From contig OZ241329.1 of the NCBI GenBank assembly GCA_965199825.1, forward strand, positions 1,736,556 to 1,800,555: a stretch of 64,000 nt of DNA, written 5' to 3'. Below are positions 10,506 through 23,748 of the stretch, one piece after another (the first letter of the stretch is position 1; every line of letters begins with the position of its first letter). Both the position numbers and the translations under genes were made by a program. This stretch comes from Bdellovibrionales bacterium. GTDB lineage: Bacteria; Bdellovibrionota; Bdellovibrionia; Bdellovibrionales; UBA1609. Under the pieces are notes generated by a model. It was given only the letters and a program-made list of their open reading frames with translations, was not told the origin of the DNA and did no database searches.

Positions 10506-11558
10506 ATGTTTTTCCAGTCAAAAAAGATCTTGGGTCTCGATATAGGGACCACCTCGATCAAACTTGCCGAACTCGACGTCGGTCGTAAGGGTGCAACCTT
10601 AATTTCTTTTAGTATTGTCCCCACGCCGCAAGGTGCGATGGCCAATGGCGACATTGTCGATGCTGCAGCATTAAGCGAGGCGGTAAAAAATATTTTTGCC
10701 TCCTCCAGTTCAAATCGAAAATTTATTTGTGGCGGAATCTGCGGCAACCCGGTGATCGTAAAAAAAGTAAGTATTCCCCGAATGGAAGAAAAATTGATCG
10801 CTGAGCAAATCAAATGGGAAGCTGAGCAGTATATTCCGTTCGATATGAATGAGACAAATCTCGATTACCGCACACTCAATCAACCTCCAACAGGTGAGAC
10901 GATGGACGTGTTGTTGGTGGCAGCAAAACAAGATGCAATTTTTCGGCTTAATGAAATTATAGAAACCAGCGGAAAGACTCTCAACATTGTCGATGTGAGT
11001 GGATTTGCATTGGCGCAATGCTTTGAACAGAATTACAACATTCCTGATGAACAAGCTGTTGCGCTTGTGAATTTAGGAGGAGCCGTTACAAACGTAACGG
11101 TTTTAAATCGAAATGATATTGTGTTTTCTCGGGACATTCTGCTCGGCGGAATTAATTATTCAAACGAAATTCAGCGCGGACTCAATCTCACCGCAGACGA
11201 AGCCGAAGTGATGAAAATCTCTGCAAGCCAAGGTCAAGCCGTGCCTGAGGATCTGATGACCATTCTCGAAAAAAACCATAAGCCTATTGCCGAAGAAATT
11301 TTGAGCAGTCTCGAGTTTTTTCAAAATTCGACAAATGGAATTTTGGTCAGTGCTTGTTTTGTAACCGGAGGAGCGTCGCGCACACCCGGTCTAATTCCAT
11401 ATCTCAACAAATTTTTAAAAATCTCCACTCAACCTTTAGACCCTTTTAGAAGTATCAAACACAATTCAAGCAAACTCTCGCAATCCTTTATCTCACAGAT
11501 CGCAGATGTGAGTGCTGTGGCCATCGGCCTTGGACTCAGAAAAGAAGGCGATTCATGA
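10506..11558 (+). CDS. pilM: Type IV pilus assembly protein PilM (actin-like ATPase fold)
   Basis: N-terminal ILGLDIGTTSIKLAEL. Size of 350 aa. First gene of a pilMNOPQ order. Confidence 0.9.
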   Translation: MFFQSKKILGLDIGTTSIKLAELDVGRKGATLISFSIVPTPQGAMANGDIVDAAALSEAVKNIFASSSSNRKFICGGICGNPVIVKKVSIPRMEEKLIAEQIKWEAEQYIPFDMNETNLDYRTLNQPPTGETMDVLLVAAKQDAIFRLNEIIETSGKTLNIVDVSGFALAQCFEQNYNIPDEQAVALVNLGGAVTNVTVLNRNDIVFSRDILLGGINYSNEIQRGLNLTADEAEVMKISASQGQAVPEDLMTILEKNHKPIAEEILSSLEFFQNSTNGILVSACFVTGGASRTPGLIPYLNKFLKISTQPLDPFRSIKHNSSKLSQSFISQIADVSAVAIGLGLRKEGDS

Positions 11559-12148
11559 TCAAAGTGAATCTTGCCAAAACAAAGCTCACCTCAACCGGCA
11601 TCGACGATGTGGGAGAGTTTGTTCAAAAAAAACCACGAATCGACTACGCCAATCTCTTGGTGAAATCGGCATTTATTTTTGGACTCACAATTGGGCTTGC
11701 GGTTTATGAACATATCCATATCGCGAGTCTCGAAAAGGAAAGTACCGATCTCGCTAAACGCTCCGGTGATCTGCTCCAAGAGCTCCAAAAAAAACAAGCA
11801 ACCACCGCACCTCTTAAAGATTTTGAACTCAAAGCCAAAGAGCTTGAAGACAAGTTAACAGTTCTTAAAAAGCTCTCACGATTAAGATTGCGTGCGGTCA
11901 AGGATCTTGATTTTTTGCAAACCAGTTTGCCCGATCGTGTTTGGTTTAGCTCCGTCAAATTCAACGACAATTTGATTCATTTGGTTGGTTACGCAGCCTC
12001 AGATGATGATCTTAACTTACTCACCAAATCTTTAGAAAATAGCATTCTCTTTAGCAATATTTTGGTGGAGCGACTCGAGGTCGCCAAAGTCGGCGGCACC
12101 GAATACAAAAATTTTGAAATGGGTTTCAACTCTGAGGTCGGTGAGTGA
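11555..12148 (+). CDS. pilN: Type IV pilus assembly protein PilN
   Basis: ATGA overlap with pilM. Short cytoplasmic N-terminus (MIKVNLAK), one TM helix and a coiled coil. Position in the operon. Confidence 0.75.
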   Translation: MIKVNLAKTKLTSTGIDDVGEFVQKKPRIDYANLLVKSAFIFGLTIGLAVYEHIHIASLEKESTDLAKRSGDLLQELQKKQATTAPLKDFELKAKELEDKLTVLKKLSRLRLRAVKDLDFLQTSLPDRVWFSSVKFNDNLIHLVGYAASDDDLNLLTKSLENSILFSNILVERLEVAKVGGTEYKNFEMGFNSEVGE

Positions 12149-12735
12149 GCGCACTAGACAGAATCTATAACATGACCGTGACCCAAGCCTTTGCGATTGG
12201 TCTTGTGCTCGCGGGACTTTATTATTTTGTCGGTTACAATTCAGGAACAAATCTTGAAGCACAAATCGAGGCAAATAAATTGAGTATCCAAGATACCGAG
12301 ACCAAACTTGCCGAAGAAAATAAAAAGATTCAGAGACTGGATGAATACAAACGAATCTCAGCCTCGATGGGTGAAAATCTGCAGTCGCTGCTCACATTCA
12401 TTCCTACTCATCTTGAAACTTTTGATCTCAAAAAAACTATTTCGCTCGAGGCAAAAGCCGCAGCGGTCAGTCTGTCGCGAATGAACGAGATCACGGTTCC
12501 ACCTCCAACAGCCAAACTTTTCTACAAGGAACTTGCGGTCCAAGTGGATCTTAAAGGTTCTTTTCAACAGCTTATGCTTTTTTTATCTTTTCTTACTCGA
12601 GCTGAGCAATTTTTAACCGTACACAATCTTGGCCTGACGGTTGAGAGTTCACAGAATAAATCAGATTCACCGATGTTGCGCTTCACCGCAGAAATTCATG
12701 GCTATCAATATATTGAGCCGGAGAAGCCAAAATGA
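12145..12735 (+). CDS. pilO: Type IV pilus assembly protein PilO
   Basis: GTGA overlap with pilN. Single TM helix, coiled coil and a ferredoxin-like C-terminus. Position in the operon. Confidence 0.7.
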   Translation: MSALDRIYNMTVTQAFAIGLVLAGLYYFVGYNSGTNLEAQIEANKLSIQDTETKLAEENKKIQRLDEYKRISASMGENLQSLLTFIPTHLETFDLKKTISLEAKAAAVSLSRMNEITVPPPTAKLFYKELAVQVDLKGSFQQLMLFLSFLTRAEQFLTVHNLGLTVESSQNKSDSPMLRFTAEIHGYQYIEPEKPK

Positions 12736-13199
12736 TCAAAGCCGGTCTGGCTTTTTTTCTTCTGGCTCATGCTCAACCGGCTCCAACACCTGAGGCTTCG
12801 CCCGCTCCCGTGGTCACCAAGAAGCTCACCAGTGCTCCCGAACTTCAAAGTTATCTCGAGCCTTTTATTTATGACATGAAGGATCGAAGGGATCCCTTTC
12901 AACCTTATTTGGAAGTTGGTGCGTCAACCGAGGGTGATTTTGAAGGACCATTATTACCACTTCAGCGTTATGATCTAGATGAAATCCGCTTAATCGGAAT
13001 TATCTGGGATGTGCGTGATCCAAAGGCGATGTTTATGGATCCCAACTCCCAAATTCATACGTTAAGTCGAGATGAACGTATTGGACGCAACAACGGATAT
13101 ATCGCAAAGATTCGCGAAGGCGAAGTGGTCGTGGTAGAAACAATTCGTTCAAAAGGTGAATCGGTTCGATCGCCACGGGTCATAAAAATTAGCCGATAG
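12732..13199 (+). CDS. pilP: Type IV pilus assembly protein PilP
   Basis: ATGA overlap with pilO. Signal sequence, Pro/Ala-rich linker, RDPFQP motif and a LIGIIWD...IREGEVVVVE beta domain. Confidence 0.72.
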   Translation: MIKAGLAFFLLAHAQPAPTPEASPAPVVTKKLTSAPELQSYLEPFIYDMKDRRDPFQPYLEVGASTEGDFEGPLLPLQRYDLDEIRLIGIIWDVRDPKAMFMDPNSQIHTLSRDERIGRNNGYIAKIREGEVVVVETIRSKGESVRSPRVIKISR

Positions 13200-13210
13200 G
13201 AGTATCAAGG

Positions 13211-15328
13211 ATGATGCAGCGAAAATTGTTTTTGGGTGTTTGCCTTACAGCATTGGTTTTAGGTTCTTGCACCTCAAAACCTGTGGACGATGATGATATC
13301 ATTAGCGCAACAGAATCTACCGAAACAACTTCTGAAGAGGGTGATCTCGGTGATCAATCCGCAGAGGATGCCGCAGAAAGTGAAATCGCGAGCGATCAAA
13401 AAACAACCGAGCCCGATCAACTTGATGATCTAGAAACAAAAACAGATCCTGCGCCTAAAGAAGACAATGATTTTGCCGATTTTGATAGTGGTCCTAAAGA
13501 TCAAAATGCTCCACCCTCTGCACCTGTCGCTCCCGATGCCCCAATGACGCCTGTCACTCCCATGGCCGAGAACCCACCCGCTGAAAATCGCTCACAACCC
13601 CAAGTGCAATCGGGCGAAGTTGAAATCAAAAATATTGGTTATTTGGCAAATTCAAATGGCGGGACAGTTTTGATCGAGACCTCTGGTCCCGCACGATTTT
13701 CTAAACGCTATAATTCTGAAAATAATCAGTTTGTGATCGAAGTCGCCAATGCAAAATTGCCGGCTCATCTGAAGCGCCCGTATATCATGAAAGAATTTTC
13801 TGGATCTTTCGGAGCCATTAACGCTTACCAAACCGAAGGCTCCAATGAGGCCCGCATTGTGGTTCAACTTAAAGGCAATCAAGGTGCCGAACCCATTGTT
13901 CAGCAAGAGGGTCAGCAGATTTTAATTTTGCCCGCATCAGCCTCAAGTGAGAGTGCTGTCGCAAGCAATGCACCAGAAGAAGATGTTCGAGTCACTGAAC
14001 AAAAAGGTCGGCCTCTTAATGCCGGAAGTCTCGATGATTTTTTGTTGGGAACACAAAAATTTTCGGGCGCCGAAATTTCTGTTCAAACCAAAGATGCAGA
14101 AGTGCGTGACGTGCTCAATTTTATTGCCGATCAGTCGGGCGCGAATATGATTATTTCAGACGACGTCACAGGAAAAATTTCGATCAAGCTGCGAAAAATT
14201 CCCTGGGATCAAGCGCTGGTGACTGTGCTCAGATCAAAGCGTTTGGGCTATGTGCGACAAGGCAATGTGATCAGAATCTCGTCGCTGGATGAACTTAAAA
14301 AAGAAACCGAAAACGCGCGCTTGATGGTCGAATCACAAAAAGCTTTAGAGCCTTTAAAAATAAAAATTATTCCGCTGAGTTATGCCGACCCTGTAGAAAT
14401 GCAAACCAATATCTTAAAGTTTTTAACAAAAGTCCGCGGGACAGCTGTGGTCGATAAGCAATCTAACAGCCTTGTGATTACCGATACCGAAGAGGTGCTC
14501 GAGCGGATGGCGCTCATCATCAAAGACCTTGATGTGCAAACTCCTCAGGTCATGATCGAGGGCAAAGTGATCGAAGCCACTGGTGAGTTTTCGCGGAGTG
14601 CCGGAATCAATTGGAATTTTAGCGGATCACAAATGAATTTAAGTCCTGGCGGGGGCTTCAATGGTCAGCCCATCACTCTTAAACCACAACTCGGTATCAC
14701 CACTGCTGCCAGTGATGCGGTTTCGGCCTTTAATCTTGCTCTCAACGTCGGAACTCTCGATATACTTGGAAACTTAACCGCTGCAATTTCACTTGCTGAA
14801 CTTGAGCGCACGGCCAAGGTTCTCTCCTCACCTCGTGTTGTGACGATGAATCGTCAAGTTGCTGAGATTGAGCAAAAAAGCGAAGATGTGACTGCAAACA
14901 GTACCGTTTCAAACGGCACAGTGACCGAAACAGTGGTTCGCACTCCCTATGTTCTTGATCTCAAAGTAACGCCGCAAATCACAAGTGATGGATCAGTCAT
15001 TATGGATGTGGCTGTGATCCGTGAATTTTTAGGTCCCAAAGTTTCGGAAAAATCGGGAGCTCATGCGATCAACTCACGCAAAGCGACCACAAAAATTTTA
15101 GTCCGCAACGGGCAAACCGCGGTGATCGGTGGGGTCTATCAAAATGATTCAAACTTGCAGGACAGCGGAGTGCCGGGGCTCAAAGACATCCCGGTCTTGG
15201 GATGGCTGTTCAAAGGGCGAACCTCGAGTACTATAAAAAATGAGCTTTTAATATTCTTAACACCAAAAATATTAAGTTCACCCAAAGATATGGACGCTCC
15301 CGATAATCGTCAAAGCGCCGCAGGATAA
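13211..15328 (+). CDS. pilQ: Type IV pilus secretin PilQ
   Basis: 705 aa. AMIN-like domain (VEIKNIGYL...VIEVANAKL), N0/N1 domains and a secretin C-terminus (VPGLKDIPVLGWLFKG...ELLIFLTPKIL). Confidence 0.9.
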   Translation: MMQRKLFLGVCLTALVLGSCTSKPVDDDDIISATESTETTSEEGDLGDQSAEDAAESEIASDQKTTEPDQLDDLETKTDPAPKEDNDFADFDSGPKDQNAPPSAPVAPDAPMTPVTPMAENPPAENRSQPQVQSGEVEIKNIGYLANSNGGTVLIETSGPARFSKRYNSENNQFVIEVANAKLPAHLKRPYIMKEFSGSFGAINAYQTEGSNEARIVVQLKGNQGAEPIVQQEGQQILILPASASSESAVASNAPEEDVRVTEQKGRPLNAGSLDDFLLGTQKFSGAEISVQTKDAEVRDVLNFIADQSGANMIISDDVTGKISIKLRKIPWDQALVTVLRSKRLGYVRQGNVIRISSLDELKKETENARLMVESQKALEPLKIKIIPLSYADPVEMQTNILKFLTKVRGTAVVDKQSNSLVITDTEEVLERMALIIKDLDVQTPQVMIEGKVIEATGEFSRSAGINWNFSGSQMNLSPGGGFNGQPITLKPQLGITTAASDAVSAFNLALNVGTLDILGNLTAAISLAELERTAKVLSSPRVVTMNRQVAEIEQKSEDVTANSTVSNGTVTETVVRTPYVLDLKVTPQITSDGSVIMDVAVIREFLGPKVSEKSGAHAINSRKATTKILVRNGQTAVIGGVYQNDSNLQDSGVPGLKDIPVLGWLFKGRTSSTIKNELLIFLTPKILSSPKDMDAPDNRQSAAG

Positions 15329-15335
15329 ATAATTT

Positions 15336-15872
15336 TTATTTTGTGGTAAAATAAATCGTTTTTTGAATACTGCTCAGCGGCTGATACCCAGTCGCTTTCG
15401 AGCTTGCAAGATAACCCGTCAAAACCATACTGCCCGAAAGACCCACCAAACTATCATAATGGGTGGGCAAATTTTGAATGTAAAAGATCAAAGGCGGATT
15501 GGTTTGCGCCCCAGGATCAAGATTCACAATGGCCGATGTGGTGTTGAGCACATTGGTAATATCACTTGCGCCGTAATCTTTTTCAAAACGGTTTGCTAAA
15601 CCACCTACAGATCCATCTAAGATCACATGAATGTTTGAAAACGCCACAGCACTCTGATTGGAATTGGTAATCGACATATTCACCTGAATCGAAGCCGGCG
15701 TAACCGTTAAAAAGGTTGCCGAGGCTGAAGCTGTGGGCGTTGGAAGCGGAATCATATAAGACGACAAGATAATCGGTGAAGTCGAAACCGTAACGACCAC
15801 GCCCGTATTGTCGCCTCCACTACAATGATTCAAAAAAATCATTGAGATAAGAATTAATAAAAATCGCAGCAT
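15336..15872 (-). CDS. Hypothetical secreted protein or lipoprotein
   Basis: Start taken at MLRFLLILISMIFLNHCSGG (signal peptide with a Cys). Thr/Ser-rich beta-type sequence. Convergent with pilQ at a 7-nt gap. Confidence 0.5.
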   Translation of the reverse strand: MLRFLLILISMIFLNHCSGGDNTGVVVTVSTSPIILSSYMIPLPTPTASASATFLTVTPASIQVNMSITNSNQSAVAFSNIHVILDGSVGGLANRFEKDYGASDITNVLNTTSAIVNLDPGAQTNPPLIFYIQNLPTHYDSLVGLSGSMVLTGYLASSKATGYQPLSSIQKTIYFTTK

Positions 15873-15938
15873 TGTGAAATCCCCCTTACAAAATAAAATA
15901 TCATTCTCTCGCAAAGCTGGTCCAGCGATTGCTTACAT

Positions 15939-17249
15939 ATGAGACCTATGGATCTTTTCGAATTCTCCGCCGATGACACACATGCTTCTTCACCCTTGGC
16001 CGAGCAAATGCGGCCAAAAACCTTTGAGAGTTTTATTGGTCACAATAAAGCTCTTCAGTCTTTTCAGTTTTTAAAAGATTTAAAAAAAGGCCAAGCCGAT
16101 CATCTTCCACATCTTATTCTGTGGGGACCTCCCGGCACCGGCAAAACAAGTTTTGCCAAATTGTTATCTTACCGACTCGAGGCGGATTTTCATTCCCTCA
16201 ACGCAATTGATGCAGGCACTAAAGAACTTAAAGAATTTGGACGTCGAGGTTATCAACGCCGACTCGAGGGGCAAACTCCGCTTGTTTTGTTTCTAGATGA
16301 AATTCATCGCCTCAATCGATCTCAACAAGATGTGTTTTTACCTTTCTTGGAGCGCGGCGATCTTCGCCTTATCGGAGCCACAACCGAAAATCCCAGCTAC
16401 GAACTCAATCGGGCCTTACTCAGTCGGGTGCGTATTTTAAAATTCGAACTCTTAAGCCTCGAGGACCTTAAACAAATTTTATTTTCAACGCTCAATAAAC
16501 TTAAAATTGAGCCAGATTCATTTTTAGATGATCAAGCGCTTGAGCATCTCACTGCAACAAGCGCTGGAGATGCACGCCGACTTCTCAACAATCTCGAGCT
16601 GTTGTTGCAAGAAGATCCAACCAAACGACCATTTCAAAAATCGACAATCGACGAGCTCATGTCCACTCAACCTCTTCCTTACGATAAATCTCGCGATTCC
16701 CATTACGATACCATTTCGGCATTTATAAAGAGCATTCGTGGGAGTGATCCCGATGCCGCAGTTTATTATTTGGCGCGCATGCTGGCAGGTGGCGAAGACC
16801 CCTTATTTATTGCTCGCCGATTGGTAATCCTCGCCTCCGAAGATATCGGAAATGCCGAACCACGAGCGCTGCCACTTGCGGTCGCAGGAGCTCAAGCGGT
16901 CGAGCTAATTGGTTTACCCGAAGCCGCAATAAATCTTTCCCATGTGACAACATTTTTGGCCGGATGTCCTAAATCAAATAGGTCCTATTTAGCTCTCAGA
17001 AAAGCCCAAAAAGTGGTGAGTGAAACAGGCGCTCTCGCAATTCCGATGAGTTTGCGGTCGGCACAAACCGAGCTGTCTAAAGAAGTTGGACATGGTGAGG
17101 GTTATCAATATGCGCATGATGATCCACGAGGCTACAAGGCCCAAGACTTTTTGCCGCCCGAGTTGGTCAACAGTAAATTCTACGAGCCAAAAAACTTAGG
17201 CTTTGAAAAGACAGTGGCCGAATATCTCAAATGGATTAAACAAACCTAG
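15939..17249 (+). CDS. rarA: Replication-associated recombination protein A (AAA+ ATPase)
   Basis: Walker A GPPGTGKTS, Walker B/sensor LFLDEIHRLNRSQQD, IGATTENPS, and a MgsA C-terminal domain (YDTISAFIKSIRGSDPDAA). Confidence 0.92.
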   Translation: MRPMDLFEFSADDTHASSPLAEQMRPKTFESFIGHNKALQSFQFLKDLKKGQADHLPHLILWGPPGTGKTSFAKLLSYRLEADFHSLNAIDAGTKELKEFGRRGYQRRLEGQTPLVLFLDEIHRLNRSQQDVFLPFLERGDLRLIGATTENPSYELNRALLSRVRILKFELLSLEDLKQILFSTLNKLKIEPDSFLDDQALEHLTATSAGDARRLLNNLELLLQEDPTKRPFQKSTIDELMSTQPLPYDKSRDSHYDTISAFIKSIRGSDPDAAVYYLARMLAGGEDPLFIARRLVILASEDIGNAEPRALPLAVAGAQAVELIGLPEAAINLSHVTTFLAGCPKSNRSYLALRKAQKVVSETGALAIPMSLRSAQTELSKEVGHGEGYQYAHDDPRGYKAQDFLPPELVNSKFYEPKNLGFEKTVAEYLKWIKQT

Positions 17250-17551
17250 TAGGTTTTTTGTGCACAAATGCACAAGCATCGATGCGTCCCCTGGACCTTT
17301 TTAGAGTGACGTGTGTTCGATGGAATCACGATGCGATCACCAGGACGCAACAGCAACTTGTTACCGGCAATATCCAAAACCATTTCGCCCTCTGCCACCA
17401 TTCGCACTTCATCAAAAGGATGACGATGGTCGGGGACAAAGGCATCGGGTTCATAAATTTCTTCTTGAGGACTCAAGCCCTCAGCTTCAAACATCATCTT
17501 CATCTGCGAAACATCGGGGAGTGTTGGCGCTTGCCATCTTGATATTAACAT
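17246..17551 (-). CDS. Cupin-domain protein (101 aa)
   Basis: Cupin_2-like motifs HRHPFDEVRMVAEGE and PGDRIVIPSNTRH. Its stop shares the tetranucleotide CTAG with the rarA stop. Confidence 0.7.
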   Translation of the reverse strand: MLISRWQAPTLPDVSQMKMMFEAEGLSPQEEIYEPDAFVPDHRHPFDEVRMVAEGEMVLDIAGNKLLLRPGDRIVIPSNTRHSKKVQGTHRCLCICAQKTY

Positions 17552-17597
17552 TCGAAAACTTAAACTCTTTGCCTCTCCAAAAGCAAGGCGTCTTCAA

Positions 17598-18215
17598 ATG
17601 AGACGCCTCATTTCACCACAGGACGAACAGGCTAATATTGAACTGGCTCTTAAGTGCGACTCTCTAACGGACGAAGAGTTGTTTGAAAGAAAACTGGGGG
17701 CTCACTTGAATTCGACTCTGACAACAAATGAAAATATTGAACGCATCTGTGACTTCGTTTCTAAAAGCTCGGGTCTTCAGTTAGTGAGTCGCGATCATAC
17801 ACAAATCTTTATTATTCAAAAAATCGACGGCCAACATTTTTCACTTATCATCAGCGCGGTTGAAGAAGTCTTAATTCGCAAAGACAGCGAACAAAGACTC
17901 TTTCTTCAAATCAATTATTCCAAAACAAAAAAAGTTTTGCTCACCGATAACCTCATTGGCTTCAAGCCAGCCGCTTTTGCAGGTCTGGATCTCTCAAAAT
18001 TACCTCGAGTCGTTACAACCCCAGATATACAAAGTGTGAGAACCGCAATCGAAGAGATGCTCTCAAACGAAACCACCATCGTCGAAGAAGTAGATGTTCT
18101 CAGACGCGTTTTTGAATCCGTGATTGAAGGCGCCGAGCAAGTCGGCTTCCAAATGCCCTCAGAGCGTGAGTGGCTCAAACGAATCTCAACTTCTCGCTAC
18201 AGCGCTTCAGCATAA
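17598..18215 (+). CDS. Hypothetical protein (205 aa)
   Basis: Clean ORF with no recognisable motifs and no TM or signal peptide. It lies immediately upstream of the rRNA operon promoters. Confidence 0.5.
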   Translation: MRRLISPQDEQANIELALKCDSLTDEELFERKLGAHLNSTLTTNENIERICDFVSKSSGLQLVSRDHTQIFIIQKIDGQHFSLIISAVEEVLIRKDSEQRLFLQINYSKTKKVLLTDNLIGFKPAAFAGLDLSKLPRVVTTPDIQSVRTAIEEMLSNETTIVEEVDVLRRVFESVIEGAEQVGFQMPSEREWLKRISTSRYSASA

Positions 18216-18235
18216 AAAATTTTTTCTAAAAGACG

Positions 18236-18263
18236 TTGACCAATCTCATCTGTCGCTCATAGT
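18236..18263 (+). promoter_or_regulatory. Putative rrn promoter P1 (upstream of tRNA-Ala)
   Basis: TTGACC (18236-18241), a 16-nt spacer, then CATAGT (18258-18263). It is preceded by an A/T-rich tract and lies about 25 nt upstream of the tRNA. Confidence 0.4.
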
Positions 18264-18287
18264 TTGCAGCCTTCGTGCATTGCATTC

Positions 18288-18363
<76 letters not shown>

Positions 18364-18441
18364 AACGCAATGAACGAAACGGTTTCGAGTGTCTTCAAAA
18401 AAATCTTTTTCAAAAAAATTGAAAAAAGTTTTTTAAAACGG

Positions 18442-18470
18442 TTGACGAAAAAATCTCGATTCAGTAAGAA
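18442..18470 (+). promoter_or_regulatory. Putative rrn promoter P2 (between tRNA-Ala and 16S)
   Basis: TTGACG (18442-18447), a 17-nt spacer, then TAAGAA (18465-18470). It is preceded by about 60 nt of A/T-rich, UP-element-like sequence. Confidence 0.4.
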
Positions 18471-18483
18471 CTGACTTCCCTAA

Positions 18484-18496
18484 TGTTCTTTGAAAA
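18484..18496 (+). promoter_or_regulatory. boxA-like antitermination element in the rrn leader
   Basis: TGTTCTTTGAAAA resembles the rrn boxA consensus (TGCTCTTTAACAA). A similar element recurs in the spacer at 20418-20430. Confidence 0.4.
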
Positions 18497-18526
18497 CTAA
18501 ATAGCTAATCGAAACATGGTTTCAAG
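18493..18526 (+). other. 5' arm of the 16S processing (RNase III-type) stem
   Basis: AAAACTAAATAGCTAATC...ATGGTTTCAAG is complementary to 20222-20250 (CTTGAGACCATGATTAGCTATTTAGTTTT) just 3' of the 16S. There are 18 contiguous pairs plus 11 more after a 5-nt bulge. Confidence 0.7.
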
Positions 18527-18654
18527 ACTCCCGAGATAACGTAAGTTATCGAAGGAAATTTAAGTACCAGTTTCTTTGAAAGTAAATACAAACGGACGTT
18601 TGAAAATATATGCTTGAATTGAAACTAATTTTTTGAAATTTAATTTTTAAATTT

Positions 18655-20179
<1,525 letters not shown>

Positions 20180-20280
20180 TTTTGTCCGCTCGCAAGAGAT
20201 GGACATATTCCCTAGGTCAAGCTTGAGACCATGATTAGCTATTTAGTTTTGAGAGAGCAAAAGGTCAGTGACCGGCGAAT

Positions 20281-20357
<77 letters not shown>

Positions 20358-20417
20358 ATTGAGTGAAGTGGGAACTGATAGTTTGCTCTCAATAGTTTTT
20401 GGATTCGTAAGAGTCCT

Positions 20418-20430
20418 CGCTCTTTGAAAA
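20418..20430 (+). promoter_or_regulatory. boxA-like element in the 16S-23S spacer
   Basis: CGCTCTTTGAAAA lies downstream of tRNA-Ile, the typical position of the spacer boxA. Confidence 0.4.
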
Positions 20431-20507
20431 TTGAATAGTAGTGATTAATATCAAGTTAATAGTATTTTGATTTAGATCATTTGTTAGTATTTGAGAATGA
20501 CTCAAAC

Positions 20508-20534
20508 TTTTAAGTTTAAGTGATTCTTAGCAAG
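20508..20534 (+). other. 5' arm of the 23S processing stem
   Basis: TTTTAAGTTTAAGTGATTCTTAGCAAG pairs with 23536-23562 (CTTGCTAAGAATGACTTGAACTTAAAA) 3' of the 23S, with 27 positions and 2 non-Watson-Crick pairs. Confidence 0.7.
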
Positions 20535-20553
20535 GTAAGTTAAGTATTTTTTT

Positions 20554-23526
<2,973 letters not shown>

Positions 23527-23578
23527 GAAAACTTTCTTGCTAAGAATGACTTGAACTTAAAATACGATATTAATTTTT

Positions 23579-23694
23579 GCTGGTGTCACTAGCGGCGGGG
23601 CCACACCTGATCCCATCTCGAACTCAGAAGTTAAGCCCGCCAGCGGCGATGGTATTGCAGATGTAAATCTGTGGGAGAGTAGCACGATGCCAGC
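23579..23694 (+). rRNA. rrf: 5S ribosomal RNA
   Basis: GCTGGTG...CCACACCTGATCCCATCTCGAACTCAGAAGTTAAGC...GAGAGTAGCACGATGCCAGC. Helix I closes between the two ends. Confidence 0.9.
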
Positions 23695-23707
23695 TCTTTT
23701 TTTGTTA

Positions 23708-23739
23708 ACCCGGTTAGGAAACTAGCCGGGTTTTTTTTT
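23708..23739 (+). terminator. Rho-independent terminator of the rRNA operon
   Basis: ACCCGGTTA-GGAAAC-TAGCCGGGT hairpin (9 bp including one G-U) followed by T9. Confidence 0.8.
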
Positions 23740-23748
23740 GTTCAAAAA

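Noticed and set aside
10448-10813. A 121-aa minus-strand ORF spans the pilD-pilM intergenic region and the pilM 5' end.
   Set aside because: It overlaps the pilM promoter and start region. pilM is strongly supported on the plus strand, and there is no independent evidence for this ORF.
17246-17249. The rarA and cupin genes share a stop-codon overlap (CTAG). Other convergent overlaps of 4-16 nt occur at 37449-37464, 45792-45795 and 50863-50873.
   Set aside because: Short convergent 3' overlaps are common in compact genomes. They are noted as a sign of genome compaction rather than as a specific feature.
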